Position numbers and translations under genes: made by a program
Assembly: GCA_001599295.1 (NCBI GenBank)
Contig: BCGN01000005.1
Span: 868,001-932,000 of the forward strand
DNA length: 64,000 bases
Direction: 5' to 3'
Source of the DNA: Sporopachydermia quercuum
Taxonomy: Eukaryota
In this document: piece by piece, positions 47,748 through 59,433 of the stretch
Layout: every line of letters starts with the position of its first letter
Numbering within the stretch: the stretch's first letter is position 1
Notes under the pieces: generated by a model
The model's input: the letters and a program-made list of their open reading frames with translations, nothing else
What the model was told of the DNA's origin: nothing
The model's database searches: none

Positions 47748-50700
47748 ATGAACACACCGAGTCAGCCTTTTGGCTCTTTTGCTGGGTTTAGTACCCAGAA
47801 AAGTCCAACTGGTAGTGGGACTCCGTTTGGTACAGCGCATAAAAATAACAATGGAAAACCGAATTTTCGGAACAAATCATCAACAGGAAGAGGAAATCGA
47901 GGTAAACGAAACAATTTTGGGAAAAGTGTGGGTAGATCAGAACCTCGGAATGAATCGGAAACTCATAATGAGCGATCAACAGTTCATCAGCCTACCCTGT
48001 CAACAGGATTACCAACAGCGCCAGGACCAAGTCCCCTGCAAATGAATCAAGTGAGAGATCTAGCGGGAAAACTTGGAATCGGCGGTTTAAATCTCGGTAA
48101 TGTTGGTTTCAAATCCCGACCTCAACCGAGACGTCCGAAGCCTAGTTATATGCTTCAACAGCCAGAAATAATGGATCCTGTACCAATAGTAATTGACCCT
48201 TGGGATAAAGCAAATCAGCAAAAAATGGCTCAAATGGAAGCAGAACATACCGGAGACTGGAGTTCACTTCTAGAAAAATTTCAAGACCTTCGTGCTAAAG
48301 AAAGGAATGAAATGGTCAAACGGAACCTCGCTGATGATAACTCAGTTAAAAAGAATATGCAGGATAGACGTATATTTCGAGGGTCTTGTTTGGACATGTG
48401 TCCTGTTTTTGAACGAGTTTTAAGACAAGTAGAGCATACAATTTTTCCTGAAGAATTGGATCCCGAAACTAAAAAGTTGAGCCGAAAATACGCAGTGAAA
48501 AGATTCGCCCGTTCCGCAGGCGGCCCACCTCCGTTACCTTCGGATGTAAGGCCTCCGCAGGTATTGTCTCAAACATTGGATTATTTAGTGGACAACATTC
48601 TTCCCAAACTTCCCACCTCACATAATTTCCTATGGGATAGAACTCGGGCCATTCGAAATGACTTCTCTTTTCAGTATTACTCTGGACCAGAAGCCGTTGA
48701 CTGTCATGAACGGATCGCCCGAATACATATACTATGCTTCCATATAATGCCACAGCATAACAGGACGTTTTATTCACTTGAAATGGATCAATTTGATAAG
48801 ACATTAAAATCATTGACACAGTACTATGATGGGATTCGGCATTATAACCGACAAGCTCCGAACGAAGCCGAATTTCGCGCATATCAACTATTATACTATA
48901 TCGATTTACCCGAAGTTGAGCGAGAAGTTTTGGCGTTACCGGAACGGATTATCCAAGATTCTCGAGTTCAATTGGCATTGAAGGTCCGAAGTTTAGTTAG
49001 TGAGAATTCGGGTCGGAACGGACCACAGACTTCTTCCGGGTTGATTACGTCATTTTTTAAACTCCTAGCTCGGAAAGAAGTTCCCTACTTATTTGGGTGT
49101 ATTTTAGAGTTGATTTTTTCTAAACTTCGGCTGAGAGGATTGCGGGCAATGTCTAAAAGCTTTCATAAGCGGGGCATTCCGTACCCGTTACCGAGATTAC
49201 GACACACACTAGGGTTTGATTCGGAAGCGGAAGCGGAAGCATTTGTCACTTATTACGGACTATCGATTAGCGAGCTTGAAGGAGTAAAACATGTGGAATT
49301 AAAAACATATAATGAGGTGCAATGCCGGACGAAGGAAGTTTACGATCAGCCATTTTCGGAAATAGTAGAAATGAAGAGAAACGGAAATGATTATAAGTGG
49401 TTTATTAATCAAGGAGAGAAGAATCTCGGTATCTCGGGACAAGAACCCGATAAAATATTGGACTTTAATAGCCGCACGGTTGTAAGTACTAACCTAAAGG
49501 AAACCTCATCTGGAAATACTAATATTCAGGGTTTTGTGGCTCCGATAGTACCGGAGAAACCTAGAGTTCCAGAAGCTGTGATTGAATCCATAGTATCGAA
49601 AATAGCGGAAAAGATAATAACGACAGAAACGAACCGTCTANTATTGGAGATCGAATCGTATGTTATGTCCGAGAGAAAACGGAGAGACGAAGAACAGCAG
49701 ACAAAAGCAGCGGAACTTCGGAGACAATTAGAAGAAAAGAAACGGGAAAAAGAACGTCAGGAAGCAGAAGCAAGAGCAAGAGCAAAAGCGGAAGCGGAAG
49801 CAGCTGCAGAAGCCGAAAGACTGAAGAAAATACAGCAACTACGGCAAACAGTGGTCTTGGAGTCATCGGAATCTATCAGAAATTATTTAATTGATTCTTT
49901 AGTACATGAGATTGTTTATGAGATCTCAGCCGATAAATTCCATTCAGTATGGCAGAAAAAATTACTAATTTCTTCTCTCAATAAGAAAGTAGACGCATTT
50001 AGGCAATACCGATTAGAAAAGGAAGCAAAACAGCGAGAAATTGACCTATCTAAGAGGCTATTGGGGGCAGCAAATCTACAAGCTGCCATCAAAAAGTCTG
50101 TTCAACTTCGGCATAAACCTGATCTTTCTTTGTCATCTTTAGCTAGTAATGAAAATGATACCATAATCGGATCTATACCGGAACAAGATCCTTTTTGGCA
50201 GCCATTAGATATTGAGTTATGGAAATCGGAACTCAGGAAGGCGGAAATAGCAGTCGAAAGTGAGGTTGTATTCGATTGCCGGAACTGTACAAATGATTTT
50301 ACCAGCTGGATTGACATGAAGATTAGACCTTTGACGCGTACGAAATCTCGGTTCAAAATCAGGACTATTTTTAATCAATTAGAAACGTTCGGAGAAGCGT
50401 ATCGTACTATTTATCCTATTCTCAATCTATCGGAGGTTTCAGGAGTTAAGAACCTAATCTGGGATACGATCCGAAATATGGATACAAAACCTGTTCTGTG
50501 TATAATGTGGTGGTCAGATGAGGCTTCTGCGGAAGTTGGAGCTTGGAATGATTTAAACCCAGAGTTCGGAAAATACAGCAATCTTTCTGTTTGGGATTTT
50601 TCACAATTCCGAGAGAAAAACCGGTCGGAGATAAATACGGAAATAATAACTATGATAATATCCGTTTTATCCAAAGCAAATAACGAGTCTTCGATATGGA

Positions 50701-50981
50701 AGGAAGAAATGGAAGAGAAGAAACGGAAANAATTAATCGATGCAGAACTAATGTCAGTCCGGAAGAAAAAAAGGAGATTGGTTCAAGAATCTCTAGTACC
50801 GTATAAACAGATATGCTATGATAATACCAGAGTTGAAAATAAGAGGAATGTCAGTAATAGCGGAAAAGATGGGGATAGGGAAATGACTAATACTAAAGAG
50901 AATTTTGAGCCAAGAGGCTTATTGCATTTGAAAAATTTAATCAATAGTATTAACAAGCGGAAGTATCAAAGAATAACATAA
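47748..50981 (+). CDS. SAC3: TREX-2 mRNA export scaffold Sac3/GANP
   Basis: First ATG 47748 with an FG-like N-terminus. Motifs FRGSCLDMCPVFER, AVKRFARSA, PLPSDVRPPQVL..TLDYL, FLWDRTRAIRNDF, ERIARIHI and NEAEFRAY. Confidence 0.92.
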   Translation: MNTPSQPFGSFAGFSTQKSPTGSGTPFGTAHKNNNGKPNFRNKSSTGRGNRGKRNNFGKSVGRSEPRNESETHNERSTVHQPTLSTGLPTAPGPSPLQMNQVRDLAGKLGIGGLNLGNVGFKSRPQPRRPKPSYMLQQPEIMDPVPIVIDPWDKANQQKMAQMEAEHTGDWSSLLEKFQDLRAKERNEMVKRNLADDNSVKKNMQDRRIFRGSCLDMCPVFERVLRQVEHTIFPEELDPETKKLSRKYAVKRFARSAGGPPPLPSDVRPPQVLSQTLDYLVDNILPKLPTSHNFLWDRTRAIRNDFSFQYYSGPEAVDCHERIARIHILCFHIMPQHNRTFYSLEMDQFDKTLKSLTQYYDGIRHYNRQAPNEAEFRAYQLLYYIDLPEVEREVLALPERIIQDSRVQLALKVRSLVSENSGRNGPQTSSGLITSFFKLLARKEVPYLFGCILELIFSKLRLRGLRAMSKSFHKRGIPYPLPRLRHTLGFDSEAEAEAFVTYYGLSISELEGVKHVELKTYNEVQCRTKEVYDQPFSEIVEMKRNGNDYKWFINQGEKNLGISGQEPDKILDFNSRTVVSTNLKETSSGNTNIQGFVAPIVPEKPRVPEAVIESIVSKIAEKIITTETNRLXLEIESYVMSERKRRDEEQQTKAAELRRQLEEKKREKERQEAEARARAKAEAEAAAEAERLKKIQQLRQTVVLESSESIRNYLIDSLVHEIVYEISADKFHSVWQKKLLISSLNKKVDAFRQYRLEKEAKQREIDLSKRLLGAANLQAAIKKSVQLRHKPDLSLSSLASNENDTIIGSIPEQDPFWQPLDIELWKSELRKAEIAVESEVVFDCRNCTNDFTSWIDMKIRPLTRTKSRFKIRTIFNQLETFGEAYRTIYPILNLSEVSGVKNLIWDTIRNMDTKPVLCIMWWSDEASAEVGAWNDLNPEFGKYSNLSVWDFSQFREKNRSEINTEIITMIISVLSKANNESSIWKEEMEEKKRKXLIDAELMSVRKKKRRLVQESLVPYKQICYDNTRVENKRNVSNSGKDGDREMTNTKENFEPRGLLHLKNLINSINKRKYQRIT

Positions 50982-51361
50982 ATATAAAAGTTGGTGATGG
51001 ATTTAATGATTGGAGTGATTTACTGTATAGTACATGCATAGGTATTTATTAGTATAGCGGGAAAAATACAGTAATAACGGAAACAATGTTAAAGTAGAGG
51101 AATCTGAAAAGAGAGAATATGTAGCAAACCGGAAACAGTGCAACACTACTGCTAATACTACTACTACTACTTAATATCGTTTAAATAAATTATTCCATGC
51201 CAATACCTTATCTATAATACATGCTATTGAATGAATAACTAAAAATGAATAACCCTAAAAGCCCAAACCGAAAAAAAGTGAATTAGTTATTGATGTAGTT
51301 CTAGTTACCTCTTATTGTAATTATCATGGTAACTGAGTTTCTTGATTGAATGTCATTCTTA

Positions 51362-52891
51362 TTAATCTTGTTGATCGAAATTAATAGGAACCCATCTGGA
51401 ATTAACAGAACCTTTGATGGTTCCTTTTATTTGCTTGACATGATTCGAAGGAGAAGAAGGAGTAAATGACTGTGTGTTGGAATCCGTTTCTGAATCCATT
51501 CGAATCCACGGTGGTAACTTCTTAGAGGAAGCTTCCGGCATTATAGTAGTATCCATAGGAACTGGATCACTTCTTGGAGGTAAAACAACGCAGTCCCAAA
51601 GCTTTGAGTTCGGAATAGTCATAGCTCTGGACTTAGCTGATAATTCCAATGCGTATCTTCGGAGGAAATCAGGATTAAGTCTATGTTCTCTTGGTCGTTG
51701 TAATCTGGTTGCTGGATCAGGTGACGTTAGCACGTGATAAGTCTTCAATGCTACCGGCTTCCGAGATTGAGATTTATTCAATCCTTGAGGAGAAACTAAT
51801 TCCGCTTTCACATCCGAGANCGATTCCGATTGTTCCGACTCTTGTTCCGATTCTGCCACTGTTTCCAAATCTGTTTTAGGTCTTATACTATGGTGATTAT
51901 GTTGTTTAGGAACTGATGTTGCCACCATCTTATCATCCGTCATTCTTGGAGAAAATGACATAACCGGCGATGCTGGTTTGTGAATTAAAGCTCTGAATGA
52001 TTTTGTAAGATTTGATACAAACGAAGGAGGAGAAGGTGATCGAGATGAAACCGATCCGGAATCGTCATCATCAGACATTGTTTCCGATTCTTTCTCGGAA
52101 ACGATCTTTCTTGGTGAAGACAAGTCCATTAAAGTTGAATCAGCCATTTCTTCATCGGATTCTTCTTCTGATGGTCCAAAATGGAATTTAACACCCGAAG
52201 CAGTTAATGAAAGTGGATGAGAATCGGCTGGCACAGTTTCCATGGGAGATAAATAACTCTCAGAGTTCAGCATCATGTTACCCGATGATAAATTAGGTGA
52301 TATAATACCGCGGGATCGGGAAATACCGGGTAATGAAGAAGGTAATGATGCAGAGAAGCCTGTTGATGCTGTGGAAGAGGCAGATGATGCGGAACCAGAT
52401 GATTCCACTGTACAAGTGGATGCAAATGAAAAGCCGCCATTAGATTCATAAGTTGAGTTTAATGAAGAGTTTGGTGAATAATCAGAATAAGAGCCCTCAT
52501 CTTCGGATCCAGGAAAGTCCAAAGATACATTACGCATGTTTTCAATGGGAAATCTTGGCTCGGATCTTGTTCCAATAGAAAATGTTAATGGTGAGTTAGC
52601 GAATGATTCCCATGTTTCATCGTCTGGTGGTGGGTCATTTATCATTGAATTGCTATGAATTATTGTGGGAGAGGAAGATATTAGTGAACTTTTCGTTGGT
52701 TTCTTTTTGATGATTCTTGTTCCATGATTTCCACTTGACAAAGGCTTTCTCACTTCCAAATGATTGTGCGGTTGCGATCGACTCCTCCGATACTGTGCAC
52801 ATGATTCACGATTTGGTATTGGGATTGCAGTAGCTGACAAGACATCAGCAACTGCTGGTGTCATAGCTGGTAGATAATTATATGTAGCCAT
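51362..52891 (-). CDS. Ser-rich, largely disordered protein with a conserved-looking fungal C-terminal motif; function unknown
   Basis: 509-aa ORF. Motifs FSPRMTDD and RPREHRLNPDFLRRYALE...LPPRSD look like a conserved fungal domain, but I cannot name the family with confidence. Confidence 0.7.
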   Translation of the reverse strand: MATYNYLPAMTPAVADVLSATAIPIPNRESCAQYRRSRSQPHNHLEVRKPLSSGNHGTRIIKKKPTKSSLISSSPTIIHSNSMINDPPPDDETWESFANSPLTFSIGTRSEPRFPIENMRNVSLDFPGSEDEGSYSDYSPNSSLNSTYESNGGFSFASTCTVESSGSASSASSTASTGFSASLPSSLPGISRSRGIISPNLSSGNMMLNSESYLSPMETVPADSHPLSLTASGVKFHFGPSEEESDEEMADSTLMDLSSPRKIVSEKESETMSDDDDSGSVSSRSPSPPSFVSNLTKSFRALIHKPASPVMSFSPRMTDDKMVATSVPKQHNHHSIRPKTDLETVAESEQESEQSESXSDVKAELVSPQGLNKSQSRKPVALKTYHVLTSPDPATRLQRPREHRLNPDFLRRYALELSAKSRAMTIPNSKLWDCVVLPPRSDPVPMDTTIMPEASSKKLPPWIRMDSETDSNTQSFTPSSPSNHVKQIKGTIKGSVNSRWVPINFDQQD

Positions 52892-55800
52892 GGTGAGATT
52901 TTGTAGTCTATATATTTGATTTCATTATTCTGTTGTCAGATTAGAAGATAATATATTTCTTGGTAGCTATTATAAAAGCTAAATTTCCTTAGTGTCTTGT
53001 AGTGGCCGTTAAATTCTTAGAAATTGTAGTGACTGTCGCGTTGAATAGATACAATATAATTTTGGATACAATGTAATTTGACTTGTCGCCCAGCAGCTAC
53101 ATATAGTGTTGATAATCAGATGGACAGACACTAAACAAAACAAAACGTAATTAGTATGTCAATTTTTTCAANATAATATTGAAAGTATAAATAATTGCAA
53201 TNGAAATAATGATTTGATAGTTATTTGAAAAATGGTTGACTGACGGGAAACAAGTTAAGTAAATCTCTGGAAAAAAAAAAAGAAGTAGAAGGAGAATCTA
53301 TCAGTTATAAGGAAGGAAGAAGGCAGTTGTAGTAAAAGCAGGTAANAAAAGCGATGGACAAATCATTACATTAGGAATTGGGACGTAAGACATAGAGTTT
53401 TGCATAATGTTGGGGGAGTTTTACAGACAATGTTAAGGTTTTAATAGATTTTAAGGTTAAGGTTAAAATTTAATTTATTCTAAGGAAAAATAAGCGCCGA
53501 TGATTACCAAGACAAGTTTGAACTTTTTGGGACAAGGAAGACATTCTACGATAGAAATTGAATGAGAGGTATTCGAGAGAATATTTGGAAAATGTACAGG
53601 AATGGTAGGAATTATCAAAGAAGTTATTTAAATTGCTTTGCTTCCAGTGATTTATGTGATCTATTTTTCATTAGAAGGTGTATTAAGCGACATTTGGTAG
53701 TCAGGTAACTTAGTATGGGGTGTTGGAACTGGTGGGAAAAGGTCCAACTAGACACAATATTGTCATGCTCGGTATCGTGACTACATTTGAATATCGGATT
53801 TCCTTTGGTTTCTTGATTGAAGCTTATCGTATGAACAGAAAAGTTATCTGCTTACTGCATAAAATTTTTGATATGAACGCGACCTTTTAAATGCAAACAT
53901 AAATGCTCTTTCTTGACCTCCATTACTTTTTTTTTCCTCAACTACTACCATACATCTTCATTTTGCTTNGTGTTTTTCTCTATTTACTTCTCTTTGACCC
54001 ATACCGTCTATATCGAGCCTAATTTTGTCATGGAAATGTCATTGTATCCCAAGTATCATTTTTTCTCAAAAAATGATTTCCTACTTTCCTACTTTCCTAT
54101 TTAAGCAAGTAGATTAAGTGAATATGTTCCTATTTTTGGATACTAACCACATCGGGAAGATCCTTGTATGAAAGATTAATACTGTCAAGTGCATAATAAT
54201 TGTTGGAGAAATAATAGAAGAGGACATTTTTTGGCGAATTATCAAGGAGTTCCGATGGAGATGAGACATGTGGTCAGCATTGGTGCTGGGATAGGTCCAA
54301 AGATATAAAAGTTAGGTCTCGGATATTTTAATTTTGAGGAAATATAAACTCCAATAGCTAGTGACGGCAGCAATTGCAAAAAAAAATATTTATTCATTGC
54401 TATAGGTAACCATTTACGACGCTTTTGTTTTGATTAAGATATGGTATTTCTTTATTCAATAGATTCAATAGATTATGTAGATCTTGTGCTTGGAGCCAGA
54501 GCAGCTAAACTAAGCTTGAACCAAAGAATGCTGAAGGTAATATTAGGGTGTCTAAAAGATCAAGTAGTCTTACAGGCCTAAGTTTTGTTAAACTAACAGA
54601 ACAACTAAACTCCATAATTCGTAATTCGTACACGATTTTTTCATTATCTTTAAACTATTTTATCTCCAAGAAGTGTCGATCTGATTGGTTGAGAGCTGCT
54701 TTCTCTTATTATGCCAATATCTGACAGAAAACGCTACACGATCACTTTTACCGCTCTTACAATGACAGTGATTTCTTCATAATTTGCATTATTTTCTTCC
54801 CAGTATGTAATTTTCTTCTCACATTTTTATTTCTTGGTAGTTGTTCGCACTGCTGTACAGCATTCAGCTAATGCATCTAGTTCAAGTCACCACATCTCTA
54901 CCTACCTGCTTCTGTTCTTTCGTTAAATGTGATATAAGAAAGTTTTTTCCTTGTCAGAGTAGGCGCTAAATATTTCCCATTCCAGAACATATAGCTGGAT
55001 ATTGGACATGTCACATGGTAGTTTGTCATGGAGAGAATTCTATTCCAAGACTGTGGAATGTTCTATATATAAAAATGAAGCGCCAATCCAATTAAATAAT
55101 AGGAGGATGTATTTTCAATCATTTAATATTCGATATATTTCGTTTAATTGTATCTATCTATATCTGACGTATATATGGCTCATCAATGAAATAGTTCAAG
55201 GTATTATTGAAGNCAATTATCATTGATCAGTTGAATGGGCATTTATTTGTTGGAACGGGTACAACGGCAGAGAGATTGCTGAAAGAATCTTCTATTTGAA
55301 AAACTGATAGAAATATTTATAATATTTTTATACTAGGATAGAAATCTAATTCTTCTTCGTTTGGCAGACAATTCCATTTCTGACAAGTTCACCTTCGTAA
55401 ATAAAAAGTTATTATGAAATGACTTCTAAATATGTAGACGTGGTATGACATTTATTTAGTTATTGTCACATTTCCATTAACTTTCTAATAAATGAACAGC
55501 TCAGGAAAGTTTGTTCGGTTTCATGGCTGAGTTTGGTATTAATTAAGATTATCCAATTGTCTTGGATCGCTTATAAGCAAGCGGTCTTAGCTGCCAGGCC
55601 GCAATTTCAACTAATAATATTGACTCGTCCATTACACTTCTACTATCAAGCGAGAGGTTAATTGTTGATTCTCAATTATTTATTGTTGTTCTAACGTTAC
55701 ACCACACGCAATATCTCACTTGCTATCCCGCTTCGTACTTATGAAATTATTATCTATCACTTGTTCGAGGAGCTCTAGCATGTCCATTTTAAAGCATTTT

Positions 55801-57087
55801 GATCTATCTTTATTAGAGTCAGAAATATATATTCTATCACAATAGTAGCCGTTTTTCTTTTCTTGATCAAGCCATTATCAGACTTCCCGTACATTTTTGT
55901 TTATTCGCACTAATTTTTTCTCATTTTAACCTCTTAAAGTAACGGGACTTGCCGTCTTACTTTCCCTTCTTTCAAGGTTTCCGCAAGGCGCCGTTTGCCC
56001 TTTGTCACGTTAAAGTTTCATTTATGTCACACATGTTTTCAACCTCTATCGTATCTCCGAAGAACAAAATTCCTATCCTAGGCACTTTGACATTATCGGC
56101 TATCCTTTAGCAAACATCCAAGTCGTAGAATAGGTAAGCTCTGGCAAGGTTTATTAAATCATCTTCTATCGATTGCTCTGGACAATCTGGACAAAGGTCA
56201 GTACCTGCTAGTTTATTAAGTAGAAAATAAATGTTTATTGATAGCATAATCAGCTATCAACCTTGCCATGATCGAGATATTGTGAAGACAATTGGATAAC
56301 AAAATGTTCTGGAAGGGAAAAGGTGGCTCAGGTTCTATTCAATTTATTCTAAGATTACTCTTCTTTACTGATTTAATGGTTTTAGTGATAATACACATGA
56401 ATGATTGCTCCTTTAGTTTGATCTCCTTCTTGTTCTTCCTCTGCTAGATAAAGTATTACATTCTACAATACGCTTGCTTAGCTAAAGAGTTTCACTTTCT
56501 ATTTCTCACTTTCATGTACTTATATCAATTGAAATCAAATAATCCAATCCAAATCTCTTTCTACCAACTAAAAGCGCACCTACAAACATACAAATAAAAC
56601 GCAGCATTGCTCAACATCCTTTTCCAAACATTAACTTTATCCATATGGTACTTCAAAATTTATGGTTCCTAACCATGGAACACTCAAGCCAAAACAATTG
56701 AATTGAATCAACTCGTTATTCATTAATTGAATGAATATTACGGAAAATCGTAAATGTAGTGGTAAGTGAAACAAGAGAGTACCCCTGTAGCCCCAAAATA
56801 TAGTTAATCGTTAAAATATAATGAAAGCAAATAAATACTCTTCGCGCGAAATCATATAGTGATATAGAAAAACTGAACACATCTCTTATCGACCTATGTG
56901 TACTGTTCCATAATATGCTTTTGCAGCTAACTAATTTGTTCTCATTTCATGAAAATCCAAAAATAAAAATTATACATAGTAAATACAACAAAATAAAATA
57001 AAATAACTTCTAAGAAATCTTCCTCAACCCCAAATCTTTTCAATTTTTGAAATCCGTATTTAAAATAGTATGCCCTAATTGGTTTGA

Positions 57088-58770
57088 TTACTTCTTCTTA
57101 GGCTTAGTAACAGTCGTCCAAGAATCGTCATCTACATCTACTGCACTTTGCTCAACAGCAAATTTCTCCATAGCAGTTAATTGTTCTTTCTTCTTGTTGG
57201 CCTGAGCTTCAGTAACTTCATTATCTTCATTAGTATCATCATCATCGCCAATGTTCAAAATATCAAACTTCTTGCTCAAATTGTTATAGCTCTTCTTTGA
57301 AACGTTTTCAGATTCAGGTTCATTGGTGGCATTATTATTTTGTGAAGAGGCAGCATCATTACTTTTTCTCCAGTTGTTTTCACCGACATTGGTGGAGGAA
57401 ATCTTTTTGGAATTTGGTCTCTTACCGAAAGGTTTTGCTTGTTTTTCAGCGGAAGCAGTATTAGCAGCCGTAATTTCACTTAATTCTTCTCTTTGCTTAG
57501 AAATCTTTTCTTCAATCTTCTTTTCTTGTTCAGTGATATCAACTGGCTTAGCATTTCCAAATGGATTGAATGAATGTTTGGTGCTTGCTGATTCAATCTT
57601 TTCACCGGAATCAGCTTCGATCTCCGATCTTGATCTTAAACCAGTCCATCCTTTCTTGGCAGGTCTGCTTTGTTGAAAGTTCTTACGGGAAGTATCGCCA
57701 TCAGCTTGAGTGATAGGACCTTTACGAGACGACCAATCTAAATCGGCTTCAGTTTTATGAGGTAACCTTGGCTCAGAAGATCTGCTTTCATACGCTTTAC
57801 TTTCAGTTATTGGTCCTTTTCTTGAAGACCAATCAAATTCTGGTTCTGGTTCTCTTGGAGCTCTTCCTCCTCTGAATTTGTCTCTTGATTCGCCACTATC
57901 TGATATAGGACCTCTACGGGAAGCCCATTCAAAATCTTCTTTAGGTTCTCTGGGAGTTCTGAAACCTCCCCGTCGTTGTTCGGATTGATTGTCATCACTA
58001 GTGATAGGTCCTTTCCTTGAAGACCAGTCGAATTCAGGTTGGGGTTCTCTAGGAGTTCTACCACTTCTGAGTCCTTCTCTTTGTTCACCATCATTGGAAA
58101 TTGGCCCTCTACGAGAATTCCAATCAAAATCATCATTACGAGGTTCTCCTCTTGGTGGTCTACCTTCATTGTTTCTGTTGAGTCTTGAAGGTTCACCATT
58201 AGAAATAATAGGTCCACGTCTAACTGACCAGTCAAATTCTTCTTGAGCTCTTGGTGGTGCTGCAACAGCCACATAAAATTTTCTACCGGAATATGTACTA
58301 GCATTCATTAGAAGGAATTTTTCTAATTGATCAGCAGTTTCGAACTCAACGAAGATAATTCCTTTAAGACGATTATTGACCATATCTTGAGGAGCATCGA
58401 GAGAAACAACTGAACCATCTCCAATAGCTTGCTCAACAAAACTTTTGAATTCATCAATATCTAAATCCCAAGCAACGTTATTCACCTTTGCTTTAAATGG
58501 CGGAGCATCAGGAATTGGAAATGTTTCTCTTTGAAACCCTATGCCACCTCCCATACCACCTCCCATGCCACCTCTGCTACCAAATGAATCACTACCTCCN
58601 TATGGACCTGATCTATTGAACTTGAACCTGTTTTCTGTTTCTACAATTGGGATTTCGGTGGAGAACTTTTCAACATCAAAGTCATCATCGTCCCAACTGC
58701 TGATTTTACTTTCTCCGACAGACTCTAAAAAGTCCCCAAGAGCCATTTTCTTTCCTTTAATTGGCGCCAT
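57088..58770 (-). CDS. TIF3: Translation initiation factor eIF4B
   Basis: MAPIKGKKMALGDFL...SWDDD, an RRM (PPFKAKVNNV...KGIIFVEFET), DWxxRxG repeats and NPFGNAKPVD. Confidence 0.9.
   Translation of the reverse strand: MAPIKGKKMALGDFLESVGESKISSWDDDDFDVEKFSTEIPIVETENRFKFNRSGPXGGSDSFGSRGGMGGGMGGGIGFQRETFPIPDAPPFKAKVNNVAWDLDIDEFKSFVEQAIGDGSVVSLDAPQDMVNNRLKGIIFVEFETADQLEKFLLMNASTYSGRKFYVAVAAPPRAQEEFDWSVRRGPIISNGEPSRLNRNNEGRPPRGEPRNDDFDWNSRRGPISNDGEQREGLRSGRTPREPQPEFDWSSRKGPITSDDNQSEQRRGGFRTPREPKEDFEWASRRGPISDSGESRDKFRGGRAPREPEPEFDWSSRKGPITESKAYESRSSEPRLPHKTEADLDWSSRKGPITQADGDTSRKNFQQSRPAKKGWTGLRSRSEIEADSGEKIESASTKHSFNPFGNAKPVDITEQEKKIEEKISKQREELSEITAANTASAEKQAKPFGKRPNSKKISSTNVGENNWRKSNDAASSQNNNATNEPESENVSKKSYNNLSKKFDILNIGDDDDTNEDNEVTEAQANKKKEQLTAMEKFAVEQSAVDVDDDSWTTVTKPKKK
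57710..58240 (-). repeat. Six coding repeats (F/L)(D/E)WxxR(R/K)GPI of ~30 aa within eIF4B
   Basis: FDWSVRRGPI, FDWNSRRGPI, FDWSSRKGPI, FEWASRRGPI, FDWSSRKGPI and LDWSSRKGPI are visible in the translation. Coordinates are approximate. Confidence 0.85.
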
Positions 58771-59433
58771 GATTGATATTTCTTTCGATTGATATTGCTT
58801 ATCTTACCAGCTTATCGATTTAAAGTACGATATGTCAATATTTGTAATGTATAGATGAATACACTTACAAATTAGACAACTAAATGATATATTCTGTTAC
58901 ACTAAAAGTATATCTTTGTTTATCAATTTACTGTCATCCATAGCAATAACTTTTACGCCTTGTAGTGTGAGAAGGCACTTGATATTGAAATTTTAATCTC
59001 AGTATGGAGATTTGGCACTGAAATTTGGTCCTCATACAGAAAAAAAATTTGTTTCTTAAGGATGAGAACTTCAGGAGTGGGGTAAAATCTATCATTGACT
59101 TTGGATCTTGTCCCGTTAAATAGAGGGCGGTTCTGAAGATGAATGTGGAAAAAGAAGAAGTAAGTCATGTGACTATTAAAATGTGGGACAATGTTACTTC
59201 GTGTGTGACTATTCGATTATTGCTGAAATCAACAATTAGAATGATATATTAACGTAAATAAGGTAGAAAGTTACTTGAATAAACGTCAGATGTCATATTA
59301 GTTTGACTGTGTTGATGGCTAATGTACACTTCATGATAAATGGTACCGATAGGTCTGATGTTCTTAGTAGTGGTCTTAGTACAGAAAATAATACATGCAC
59401 TCATGTCTTCTTCCCTTCTGATTTCGAGACTGA

